From an uncultured bacterium (GTDB taxonomy: Bacteria; Krumholzibacteriota; Krumholzibacteriia; LZORAL124-64-63), in contig CAVSGO010000005.1 in NCBI GenBank assembly GCA_963727525.1, positions 480,001 to 544,000 of the forward strand: a stretch of 64,000 nucleotides of DNA, in the 5' to 3' direction. The translations under genes were made by a program, and so were the position numbers. Positions 10,211-18,966 of the stretch are shown piece after piece. Position 1 is the stretch's first letter. The number at the start of each line of letters is the position of its first letter. The notes beneath the pieces are model-generated. The model did no database searches. It saw nothing but the letters and a program-made list of their open reading frames with translations, and was not told where the DNA came from.

Positions 10211-11659
10211 CTAGCCGCGTCGCCAGGCTTCTGGCAGGAAGAGCACGACGACCGTGTAGATCTCCAACCGGCCTGCCAGCATGAAGAAGACGAGCAGCCA
10301 CTTCTCCCACCCCAGCAGCGCTGCGTAGTTGCTGGCCGGCCCCACGAGGCCCAATCCGGGGCCGATATTGCCGAGCGTGGCGGCCGTGGCCCCGACGGCG
10401 GTGACCAGGTCGCGGCCGCCCAGGGTGAGCGCGAGCACCCCGGCCACGTACACGAGCATGTACAGGAGGAAGAAACCGAGCACGTTGGTGGCGAGGTTCG
10501 GCGACACGGCGCGGTCGTTGAACCAGATGGTGACCACGGCTCGCGGGTGGAGGAGCTTGCGCATCTCCACCTTGGCCTGCTTCAGCAGCAGGAGCAGGCG
10601 CACGACCTTGATGCCGCCGCCGGTGGATCCGGCGCATCCGCCCACCGACATGAGGATCAGCAGCACTGCGTGCGCCACGGGCGGCCACAGCAGGTAGTCG
10701 GCAGTCCCGAAACCCGTGGTCGTCATGATCGAGACCGTCTGGAACGTGCCGTGGCGCAGCGACGTGGTCCAGGCCGGGTACGCGTGCAAGAGCACCAGCG
10801 GGGCGGTGACGAGCACGGTGGCGACGGCCGCCACGCCGATGTAGAAGCGGAACTCCTCGTCATCCCAGTACGCGCGCCACTTCCCGGTGAGGACCAGGTA
10901 GTGGAGCGTGAAGTTGGCTCCGGCCAGGAGCATGAACACGATGATGATCCACTCGATCGCCGAGCCGCCATAGGCGCCGATGCTCGCGTTGCGCGTGCTG
11001 AAGCCGCCCGTGGCCATGGTGGCAAAGGCATGGCACACGGCATCGAAGACCGGCATGCCGGCGATGACGAGGGCCACCACCTCGGCGCCTGTCAGCAGCA
11101 CGTACACGCCCCAGAGCAGCTTGGCCGTCTGCTTGATGCGCGGGCGCAACCGCTCGGCCACGGGGCCGGGCACCTCGGCCCGGAAGAGCTGCATGCCGCC
11201 GACACCCAGCAGGGGTAGGATCGCGAGGGCAAGCAGCACGATGCCCATGCCGCCGAGCCAGTGCGTGAGCGCGCGCCAGAAGAGCACGCCGTGCGTGCAC
11301 CCCTCGATGTCCGTGAGGATCGATGCGCCGGTGGTGGTGAAGCCCGACACGGACTCGAAGACCGCGTTGGTGAAGCCCGGGATCTGGCCGCTGAACCAGG
11401 CGGGCAGCGCCCCGAGGAGACCGACGGCGAGCCAGCCCAGACTCACCACGGCGAAGCCCTCGCGTGTACGCACGTCCGGCGCGCCGCGGGAAAGGCGCAG
11501 GGCGACGCCGCCGACCGTCGCACCGGCCACCGCCGCGACGACGAAGGACCACGCGTCGCTGTCCCCGTACAGGGCCGAGATCACCGCCGGCACGAGCAGA
11601 CAAGCCGCCGTCACCGCCAGCAGGAAACCGAGCACCCGGACGACCGCGCGCAGATTCAC
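10211..11659 (-). CDS. trkH: Trk potassium uptake membrane protein
   Basis: [53 protein letters not shown]. Confidence 0.95.
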   Translation of the reverse strand: MNLRAVVRVLGFLLAVTAACLLVPAVISALYGDSDAWSFVVAAVAGATVGGVALRLSRGAPDVRTREGFAVVSLGWLAVGLLGALPAWFSGQIPGFTNAVFESVSGFTTTGASILTDIEGCTHGVLFWRALTHWLGGMGIVLLALAILPLLGVGGMQLFRAEVPGPVAERLRPRIKQTAKLLWGVYVLLTGAEVVALVIAGMPVFDAVCHAFATMATGGFSTRNASIGAYGGSAIEWIIIVFMLLAGANFTLHYLVLTGKWRAYWDDEEFRFYIGVAAVATVLVTAPLVLLHAYPAWTTSLRHGTFQTVSIMTTTGFGTADYLLWPPVAHAVLLILMSVGGCAGSTGGGIKVVRLLLLLKQAKVEMRKLLHPRAVVTIWFNDRAVSPNLATNVLGFFLLYMLVYVAGVLALTLGGRDLVTAVGATAATLGNIGPGLGLVGPASNYAALLGWEKWLLVFFMLAGRLEIYTVVVLFLPEAWRRG

Positions 11660-11666
11660 GGATCGA

Positions 11667-13019
11667 TCACGTCCTTCTCGCCCCGCCGGCGAAGAAATCC
11701 TCGACCGCATGCACTGCGTCAGGCAACGCGAAGACGATGACCTCGTCGCCGGCTCGCAGCACCGTATCGCCTCGCGGCGTCTCCACGCGGCCACGCGTCA
11801 GGACCGCGCCGATCACCGCGTGACGCGGAAACGCCAGCTTGTGCAGGGGACGCCCGGCCGCGGGATGCGCATCGCCCAGGCGTAGCTGGAGGATCTCGGC
11901 GCCGGTGTAGCCCAGCTTCTCGGCGCTGATCACGGCGCCCCGCTTCACGAAACGCGCGATCCACGCCGCCGTGGACAGGCGCGGCGATACGGCCGCATCG
12001 ATGCCCAGATCCGGCAGTAGCGGCACGTAGTCGGGGCGGTCGACGAGGCACACGGTCTTGCGTGCCCCGTGATGCCGCGCGAGCAGGCAGGCGAGGATGT
12101 TGATCTCCTCCTCACCCCCCACCGCCACGAATCCGTCCATCTCGCCCACGCCCTCGCTCTCGAGCAACGAGGCGTCGACGGCGTCGCCACGCAGTACGAG
12201 CGCGCGATGGAGCTGCCGGCTCGCGTGCTCGCACCGTGCCTCATCGTCGTCGATCAATTTCACCTTCACGCCGGCGGCGAGCAGGTCGCGCGCCAGCTCG
12301 ATGCCCATGGCCGTGGCGCCCACGATCATCACGCGGTTGAGCGCTCGACCGCGTGTCTGCACGAAGTAGAGCGACCGATCCACGAGACGGCGCTCCCCCG
12401 TGAAGTAGATGGTGTCGTCGGGCTGTAGCACGGTGTCGCCGTTCGGGATGACGGTCTCGTCGCCACGCGAGACGGCAGCCACCAGGGCGATGTTCTCACC
12501 CTGTTCGCGATCGAGGTCGCGCAGGCGGCGGCCGGCCACGTAGGAGTCGGAAGCCACGCGCGAGGCGACCACGCGCACGCGCCCACCAGCGAATTCGTAC
12601 ACCTCGCGCGCTGCGGTCTGGAAGAGGATCTCGCGGATCGAGTGCGCCGCCTCGTGGTCGGGATTGATCGCGAGGTCGATGCCATCGAGGGCCAGGCGGC
12701 TGCCGAGGAAGTAGTCGTCATTGCGCACACGGGCCACCTTCACGCGGGCGCCCAGACGATGCGCGGTGAGGCAGGCGATGAGATTGATCTCGTCGCGGTT
12801 GGTGACGGCGGCGAAGAGATCGCAGCCGGCCATGCCGATGGACTCGAGCGTGGCCGGATTGACGCCGTTGCCGTGGACGAAATGGCAATCGAGCGACTCC
12901 TGGGCCGTGCCGAGCACGTCGACATCCTTTTCGACGACGATGACGTCGTGCTCGCGCTCGCTGATCGTCCGCGCGAGGTCGGAACCCACCGCCCCGGCCC
13001 CGATGATGACGATCTTCAC
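11667..13019 (-). CDS. trkA: Trk potassium transporter regulatory subunit (two RCK modules)
   Basis: [12 protein letters not shown], two TrkA_N/TrkA_C repeats; adjacent to trkH. Confidence 0.95.
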   Translation of the reverse strand: MKIVIIGAGAVGSDLARTISEREHDVIVVEKDVDVLGTAQESLDCHFVHGNGVNPATLESIGMAGCDLFAAVTNRDEINLIACLTAHRLGARVKVARVRNDDYFLGSRLALDGIDLAINPDHEAAHSIREILFQTAAREVYEFAGGRVRVVASRVASDSYVAGRRLRDLDREQGENIALVAAVSRGDETVIPNGDTVLQPDDTIYFTGERRLVDRSLYFVQTRGRALNRVMIVGATAMGIELARDLLAAGVKVKLIDDDEARCEHASRQLHRALVLRGDAVDASLLESEGVGEMDGFVAVGGEEEINILACLLARHHGARKTVCLVDRPDYVPLLPDLGIDAAVSPRLSTAAWIARFVKRGAVISAEKLGYTGAEILQLRLGDAHPAAGRPLHKLAFPRHAVIGAVLTRGRVETPRGDTVLRAGDEVIVFALPDAVHAVEDFFAGGARRT

Positions 13020-14041
13020 GAACCGGCTCCTGGAAAATCGTTCAGGGCCGCGATCGTCGCGTCGATGTCGGCGTCGCTGACATCGAGATGGGGGATCAGC
13101 CGCACGCGTCCCGGTCCGAAGCCCACGCCGAGCACGCCCCGTTCCCGCAGATGGGCCAGCAAATCCACGGCCGTGGCCGGGGGCGCTACCCGCAGGATCA
13201 CGATGTTCGACTCCACCGGATGGGCGCGGCGCAGGAGCGGATGCTTCAACTCGCTAACCAGGCGCCGTGCCCGGGCGTGATCCTGCGCCAGCCGTGGTAG
13301 ATGGTGCGCCAGCGCGTAGCGGCATCCTTCGGCCAGGATGCCCACCTGGCGCATGCCGCCGCCCCACATCTTGCGGAACTTCCGTGCGCGCGCCACGGTC
13401 TCGCGGCGACCCACCAGGGCCGACCCTACGGGCGCGCCCAGGGCCTTGGAGAAACACACGCTCACCGTGTCGGCGGGCGCCGCGAGGTCGGCAAGCGAGA
13501 TCCCGGTGGTGACGTGGGCGTTCCATAGCCGGGCCCCGTCGAGATGCACACGCAAACCGCGCGCATTCGCCTCGCGGCCGATCTCCACGATCTGCGGCTG
13601 CGGGAAGATGCGGCCGCCCGCGCGGTTGTGCGTGTTCTCGAGGCACACGAGGGCCGGTGGCGCGGCGTGGATATCCGCGGGGTGCAGCGCCGCGGCCACC
13701 TGCGCCCAGGTGAAGGCGCCGCTTTCGCCCACGATGGTCGTGAGCTGCACGCCGCTGAGCACTGCCGGTGCGCCCACCTCGTAGTGTACGATATGAGCAT
13801 CGGCCTCGACGATCACCTGCTGCCCGGGCTCGGTCTGCGAGCGGATCGCGAGCTGGTTGCCCATGGTGCCGCTGGGGACGAAGAGAGCGGCCTCCTTGCC
13901 CAGCAGGGCCGCCACCTCGTCCTGCAGGCGATTGACGGTGGGGTCGTCGCCGAAGACGTCGTCGCCGACCTCGGCCGCAGCCATGGCCGCACGCATGCCC
14001 GGGGTGGGGCGCGTGATGGTGTCGCTGCGCAGATCGATCAT
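13016..14041 (-). CDS. ltaE: Low-specificity L-threonine aldolase
   Basis: [52 protein letters not shown]. Confidence 0.94.
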   Translation of the reverse strand: MIDLRSDTITRPTPGMRAAMAAAEVGDDVFGDDPTVNRLQDEVAALLGKEAALFVPSGTMGNQLAIRSQTEPGQQVIVEADAHIVHYEVGAPAVLSGVQLTTIVGESGAFTWAQVAAALHPADIHAAPPALVCLENTHNRAGGRIFPQPQIVEIGREANARGLRVHLDGARLWNAHVTTGISLADLAAPADTVSVCFSKALGAPVGSALVGRRETVARARKFRKMWGGGMRQVGILAEGCRYALAHHLPRLAQDHARARRLVSELKHPLLRRAHPVESNIVILRVAPPATAVDLLAHLRERGVLGVGFGPGRVRLIPHLDVSDADIDATIAALNDFPGAGS

Positions 14042-14149
14042 CGGCCAGCCTCGCTCGTTCTGGTGGTGGAACGTGGTGCGCAGCAAGAAACCGACACGAC
14101 CAGCCGCACGGGGCCGTTCGGTCGGTTTCTGGCGCCTGTCGCGGTCAGC

Positions 14150-14446
14150 CTAGACCGTGGCCTCTCCGTCGAGTACGGCGACCCGGTCCTTGAGCATCTT
14201 GGAGACCTTGAAGACGGGGACATGGCGCGACGGCACGGGCACGGCATCGCCGGTCCGCGGATTCCTGGCCATGCGCTCCTTGCGCTCCTTGACCTTGAAG
14301 GTCCCGAAACCGCGAATCTCCAGATGCTGTCCCTCGACCAGAAGATCGCCGATCTTCTGCAGGAACAGATCGACGGTCTCGCTCACTTCTTTCTTGGTCA
14401 GCCCCGTTCGCTGGGCGATGTCTTCCACGATATCGGCTTTGGTCAT
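14150..14446 (-). CDS. HU/IHF family DNA-binding protein
   Basis: [25 protein letters not shown]...VPVFK; GGAGGAG SD. Confidence 0.95.
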   Translation of the reverse strand: MTKADIVEDIAQRTGLTKKEVSETVDLFLQKIGDLLVEGQHLEIRGFGTFKVKERKERMARNPRTGDAVPVPSRHVPVFKVSKMLKDRVAVLDGEATV

Positions 14447-14740
14447 GCGGATCTCCTCCGAACGGCAACCCGGTGCTGCGGCGAGCAGCCCCCTCGCGAC
14501 TCTGCCATGTTTAACGATAACCGCAACCGAGTCAAGGGCTTTATGCCGCCACCGCCCGGTCGCGACGCCCACGGATCGGTCGATCCGGCACATTGCACGG
14601 TTTGCAGGTCTCCGCATGGCAGGACGAAACGAGGTCCAGGATACCCAGGGCCTCCTCGCACGACCTCGATCTTCCTGATGGCTCCCGCAACTTGCTATCG
14701 AGCATCGAGTTATCCCGCCACGTACGCGCCGCGCGCGGCG

Positions 14741-14756
14741 TGGCACCCCCCTTGCA
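14741..14756 (+). promoter_or_regulatory. Sigma-54 (-24/-12) promoter
   Basis: TGGCAC-CCCCC-TTGCA, an exact match to TGGCAC-N5-TTGC(A/T), about 125 nt upstream of ATG 14881. Confidence 0.75.
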
Positions 14757-14880
14757 ATCCGCGTGCAGCGAAGATGGCCGGAGGTGCCAGTACGAAGCAC
14801 CGTGCCACTGCAACCGACGGCCTCCGGCCTCTTCGTCAAGCAGAACATCGGGCAATGAATGCAATAAGGAGGACCGACCC

Positions 14881-15309
14881 ATGTCGAATCAGAAGTGGAC
14901 GCTGCTGCTGGCGGCGCTGGCCCTGGTCAGCCTGGTGGCGACCGGCTGTGGAAGTGACGACTCGAGCCCCGCCGCTCCGACGCTGGACACCGCGCCCCCC
15001 GTCCTGCCCTCGGGCGTGGACGTCGCGTACGTGTCGACGCAGCATCAGGCCGTCCTGTCCTGGGACGCGAACACGGTGGACGCCGACTTTGCCGGCTTCC
15101 TGGTCACGCGCACGGCTTACAATGGTACCGTCGAGCTCTTCGCGACGCCGCAGGCTCAGACGTCTCTGGTCGACGACATCGCCGGCCTGGGCCGCAGCCT
15201 GACCTACCACATCTATGCCGTCGACACATCCGGCAACGTGAGCGCGGCCACCAACGCCGCTCTGACCATCACGATCGATGAGCAGGCGCCGTCGCCGTCC
15301 AATCCGTGA
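14881..15309 (+). CDS. Small lipoprotein with one fibronectin-III-like domain
   Basis: AAGGAGG SD; lipobox VATGC; DTAPPVLP...LSW...DFAGF.V.R...Y.IYAVDTSGNVS. Confidence 0.75.
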   Translation: MSNQKWTLLLAALALVSLVATGCGSDDSSPAAPTLDTAPPVLPSGVDVAYVSTQHQAVLSWDANTVDADFAGFLVTRTAYNGTVELFATPQAQTSLVDDIAGLGRSLTYHIYAVDTSGNVSAATNAALTITIDEQAPSPSNP

Positions 15310-15347
15310 GTCCCGCGAGGGGTTGGTTCCCTGTTGCAACGTGCTCG

Positions 15348-15373
15348 GGGGCCTTCCGGTGACGGAAGGCCCC
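15348..15373. terminator. Intergenic hairpin between the two lipoprotein paralogs
   Basis: 11-bp stem GGGGCCTTCCG/CGGAAGGCCCC with GTGA tetraloop; no clear U tract. Confidence 0.5.
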
Positions 15374-15409
15374 TCACCTCGACCACCTCACGGTTCCTGG
15401 AGTTCGACC

Positions 15410-15841
15410 ATGCCGCGCATCACGAATCCGATCTATCTTCTGGTCGCCTTCGGGCTACTGCTCTTCGACGCTGGTTGCGGGAACGACGCGACGGAGGCGC
15501 CTTTGCCATCCGCACCCGCGATCGTGGACACGGCGCCGCCGATCCCACCCACGGGTCTGCTGGCCGAGGTCGGGTTTCACGACGTCAAGCTGCGCTGGGA
15601 ACCCAACCTGGCCGATCCCGACTTCCGAGGTTTCACCCTGACGCGGACGGCCGCCGGGGCCGACGTCGCGATGCTCGCGGATCCCGTGAATACCACGGTC
15701 TTCGTCGACACGCACCCGTTCACGGGCCTTGCGACCTACACGCTCTGCGCCGTGGATGGCGAGGGCAACGTCTCGGCAGCCTGTGTGCTGGTGGTGGACA
15801 CCTCGATCGATCACGTCCCGTCCGACATCACGGTGCCCTGA
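15410..15841 (+). CDS. Small lipoprotein, paralog of 14881-15309
   Basis: Lipobox-like DAGC; DTAPPIPP...LRW...DFRGF.L.R...Y.L.AVDGEGNVS. Confidence 0.7.
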   Translation: MPRITNPIYLLVAFGLLLFDAGCGNDATEAPLPSAPAIVDTAPPIPPTGLLAEVGFHDVKLRWEPNLADPDFRGFTLTRTAAGADVAMLADPVNTTVFVDTHPFTGLATYTLCAVDGEGNVSAACVLVVDTSIDHVPSDITVP

Positions 15842-15852
15842 CACCCGCCGGT

Positions 15853-16995
15853 TCAGCGGGCCGGCGACGCACGCAGCGGGAGGCCTGACCAGGCGTCCCA
15901 CACCTCCGCGACCGTGAGCGTCTCGAGGTAGCCGTATTCCGGCCCGCGGAGATCGGGCTCGCGGTCGTGTGCGCACAGGGCGACGACCTCGGGCACGGGC
16001 GGCTTCCACAGCGCCGGCTCGGTGGGCCCGAACAGGGCCACGGTGGGCGTCCGCAACGCGCCCGCGATGTGCATCACTCCCGTGTCATTGCAGAGGAAGC
16101 GTTCGGTACGGGCAAGGACGGCCGCGCCCGTGCCCACCGACAGCGGGGGCGCGATCACCACGGGAGCGGCCCCCGGGGCGAGTGTCAGATGGGCTCGCAT
16201 CTCGGCGAGAGCACCCGCGTCGGCCGGTCCGTGCAAGACGAGTACGGGATACCCCGCCTCCGCCGCGCGTGCGGCGATGGCGGCGAATCGCGCCGCCGGC
16301 CACAGATTCTGCCTCTTACCGGCTCCGGGGTGCAGGGCCCAGAACGGGCCGGGCGGCATCAACGCCTCGAGCAGTTCCTGCGCCCTGTCCACCTCGGACG
16401 GCGCGGGCACGACCACGGTGCTCGTGTCCTGCGTGGTGATGCCCACGGCCCGCAGCGGCGCCAGGCCGTGCAGGACGGCATGCTCGTCGAGATCCGGGCT
16501 GCCCGGAAGCTGCAGGCTGTACGCACGCGCACTCACGGCAGAACCGAACGGACGACTGTCACCGCCGACGACCCAGCGCGCCCGTGACCAGAGCGCCAGG
16601 AACGCGCTGGTCACCGAGAAACTCACGCTGTTGAGCACGAAGGCCAGCTCCGCGTCCCACGCGCGCAGCTCGCCGAGGAACCGGCGCAGGGCCGCGGGTT
16701 GCCACCATAATCGCTGCTCGAAGAGGATGATCCGGTCGAGATGGGGGTTCGCGCTCACGACCTCGCGATTCACGGGAGCCGTGACCAGGGCGATCTCGCT
16801 GTGCGGCCAGGTCTCGCGCAGGGCGCGGAAGCAGGGCGTGGCGCAGACCATGTCGCCCATCTGGTTGTGCTGGCGCACCACGAGGATCCGGCGCGGACGC
16901 AGGGCGAGCATCGCACGCGGAGCGAGCGGTTCGCGGCGCCAGTGCGCCGCCAGCGCGGCGGTGGCCGTTCTCTTGAAGCGCCGGCTCGCACTCAT
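15853..16995 (-). CDS. Glycosyltransferase family 9 (LPS heptosyltransferase-like)
   Basis: MGDMV.ATP, LHPGAG, NDTGVMHIAGAL..PTVALFGPT. Confidence 0.9.
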   Translation of the reverse strand: MSASRRFKRTATAALAAHWRREPLAPRAMLALRPRRILVVRQHNQMGDMVCATPCFRALRETWPHSEIALVTAPVNREVVSANPHLDRIILFEQRLWWQPAALRRFLGELRAWDAELAFVLNSVSFSVTSAFLALWSRARWVVGGDSRPFGSAVSARAYSLQLPGSPDLDEHAVLHGLAPLRAVGITTQDTSTVVVPAPSEVDRAQELLEALMPPGPFWALHPGAGKRQNLWPAARFAAIAARAAEAGYPVLVLHGPADAGALAEMRAHLTLAPGAAPVVIAPPLSVGTGAAVLARTERFLCNDTGVMHIAGALRTPTVALFGPTEPALWKPPVPEVVALCAHDREPDLRGPEYGYLETLTVAEVWDAWSGLPLRASPAR

Positions 16996-17957
16996 TCGCG
17001 GTCCTCCAGGTCGCGCAGCAGATCCAGATAGGCGCGATGGCGCCACGGCGGCAATGTACCATGGCTCACGGCGCGCTTCACGGCGCACTCCGGCTCGTCG
17101 CGATGCAGGCAGGTGCGGAAGCGACAGTCATCGGCGAGGGTCGCGAGATCGGGGAAGTGATCGCGCAGCTCCACCGGCGCGATGTCCCAGGGGTCGAAAC
17201 CGCGCAGGCCGGGCGAGTCGGCGATGAATCCGCCGCCGGTGAGCGGAAACAGCTCGGTGTGCGTCGTGGTGTGGCGACCGAGACCGGTCTTGCCCGTGAC
17301 CTCGGCCGTGCGCAGGCTCAGCCCGGGTTCGATCGCGTTGAGCAGGGTGCTCTTGCCCACGCCCGAGGCGCCGAGAAAGACGGAGATTCCCTCGTGCAGA
17401 AGCGCCTGCAGCTCGGCGAGACCGGCGCCGGTCTCCGCCGACGTGCGCAACACGCGAACGCCGAGACCGGCGTAGTAGTCCCAGCGCGGATCGGACGCGA
17501 GCGCGAGATCGAGATCGCATTTGTTCAGGCAAAGCACGGCCGCCACGCCGAAGCTAGAGGCACCCACGAGGAGTCGATCCACGAACCCTGTCTGCGGGGC
17601 CGGTTCGGCCACCGATTGCACGGCGACCACCCGGTCGAGGTTGACGATCAGCACCTGCTCGATGTGGCCGCCGGTGCGCCGCGCGGCCTGGCGCGAGATC
17701 CGGTTGTGACGCGGCAGCACGGCCTCCACCACGCCCGCGGGCACGGCTGATTCCGCCTCGCTAGGCAGCGTGCGCAGATGCACGCGATCGCCCACCACGA
17801 CGACGTTCTGCTCGCGCTTCTCACCCCGCTTGAGCTTGCCCCGGAGCTGGCAGCGCCACACGTCGCCTGCTGCCGCCACGAGGCATGACCCGGCGCCGGC
17901 GCGCACCACGACCCCCTCGAGCAATGGCGGATCATCGTGTTTCAGTGTTTCGCCCAG
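16992..17957 (-). CDS. rsgA: Ribosome small subunit-dependent GTPase A
   Basis: VGDRV OB fold, NKCD, GASGVGKST, GRHTTT, DSPG, CRFRTCLH..EP.C zinc finger. Start uncertain (CTG 17957 proposed). Confidence 0.93.
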   Translation of the reverse strand: MGETLKHDDPPLLEGVVVRAGAGSCLVAAAGDVWRCQLRGKLKRGEKREQNVVVVGDRVHLRTLPSEAESAVPAGVVEAVLPRHNRISRQAARRTGGHIEQVLIVNLDRVVAVQSVAEPAPQTGFVDRLLVGASSFGVAAVLCLNKCDLDLALASDPRWDYYAGLGVRVLRTSAETGAGLAELQALLHEGISVFLGASGVGKSTLLNAIEPGLSLRTAEVTGKTGLGRHTTTHTELFPLTGGGFIADSPGLRGFDPWDIAPVELRDHFPDLATLADDCRFRTCLHRDEPECAVKRAVSHGTLPPWRHRAYLDLLRDLEDRE

Positions 17958-18075
17958 AATGAGGTCCTTTCCATGCGGGTAAAACGACTTGTGCCTGGCA
18001 GCGCGTTTGGTTAGGTTAGCCGTGGCAGAATGTGATAACACGGAAGATCTGGAAACTCAAGGTGGTGCGTTCACC

Positions 18076-18540
18076 ATGGACATGGCTGAAGTCCTTCAGC
18101 ACACCTCTCCCGCACTATTCATCCCCGATCTCAAAGCCAAGGACAAGGCTGCGGCACTCGAAGAACTCGTCGACGGACTCGTCGTCGGCAGTCCCGAGAT
18201 CACGAAGAAGGAAGCCGTCCTGCAGATGCTGCAGAGCCGCGAGGACCTCGGCTCCACCGCGGTCGGCCCCGGCGTGGCCTTCCCCCACGGCCGCACCCTC
18301 GCCGTCCAGAAGCTGACGGTCCTCATGGCACGCTCGCTCGCGGGCATCGCCTTCGACTCCATCGACGGCGAACCGACGCACCTGTTCTTTGTGCTCATCG
18401 CGCCGCCGCAAGACTCCGGTCACAAGTACATCAAGTCGCTGGCCGTGCTCACCGATCGCCTGCAGAGCGACGACGTGCGCGAACGTTTGCTGGCCGCCGA
18501 GGACTTCGAGGGCTTCTGCGCCGCGTTGCAGGAGGTGTAG
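18076..18540 (+). CDS. PTS EIIA (fructose/mannitol/Ntr-type) domain protein
   Basis: RE..GSTAVG.GVAFPHGR phospho-His motif, FDSIDGEP. Confidence 0.9.
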   Translation: MDMAEVLQHTSPALFIPDLKAKDKAAALEELVDGLVVGSPEITKKEAVLQMLQSREDLGSTAVGPGVAFPHGRTLAVQKLTVLMARSLAGIAFDSIDGEPTHLFFVLIAPPQDSGHKYIKSLAVLTDRLQSDDVRERLLAAEDFEGFCAALQEV

Positions 18541-18542
18541 CC

Positions 18543-18887
18543 ATGCATCCGCAGTTGCAGAAACTCGTGGCGCTCCAGGATATCGAGCAGATGATCCATG
18601 AAGCCGAGGACAAGGCCAAGGCCGAGGAACTCGAAGATATGGGCTTTCAGCTCAGCGGGCTGGAGAACCTGAAGAAGCGCAAGGAAGAACTGGAAGCCGG
18701 CATCGATACGCGGCACCTGAGCTATTACCGACGCCTCACCAAGCGCTTCGGCCACGCCGTCGTGCCGGTGGTGGGCAACCTGTGCATGGGCTGCTTCGCC
18801 AACATCCCGGCAAGCTTCGTCAGCGTGACCAACGAGAACAAGTTGCAGAAATGCGAGAACTGCGGCCGGATCCTGTACTGGCCGTAG
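18543..18887 (+). CDS. C4 zinc-ribbon protein (DUF164/zf-RING_7-like), short form
   Basis: L..LQ.I N-terminus, Y.RL, CMGC...CENCGRILY. Confidence 0.85.
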   Translation: MHPQLQKLVALQDIEQMIHEAEDKAKAEELEDMGFQLSGLENLKKRKEELEAGIDTRHLSYYRRLTKRFGHAVVPVVGNLCMGCFANIPASFVSVTNENKLQKCENCGRILYWP

Positions 18888-18902
18888 CCCCCGCGCCATT
18901 GC

Positions 18903-18931
18903 CAAGGAGCAGGCTCGTCGCCTGCTCCTTG
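18903..18931. terminator. Hairpin between convergent genes (likely terminator)
   Basis: 12-bp stem CAAGGAGCAGGC/GCCTGCTCCTTG followed by CGTTT. Confidence 0.65.
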
Positions 18932-18966
18932 CGTTTCGGACGTCCGTGGCACGAGCCGCGGATTCG

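Noticed and set aside
17996-18011. Second sigma-54-like site TGGCAG-N5-TTGGT
   Set aside because: It lacks the invariant GC at -12.
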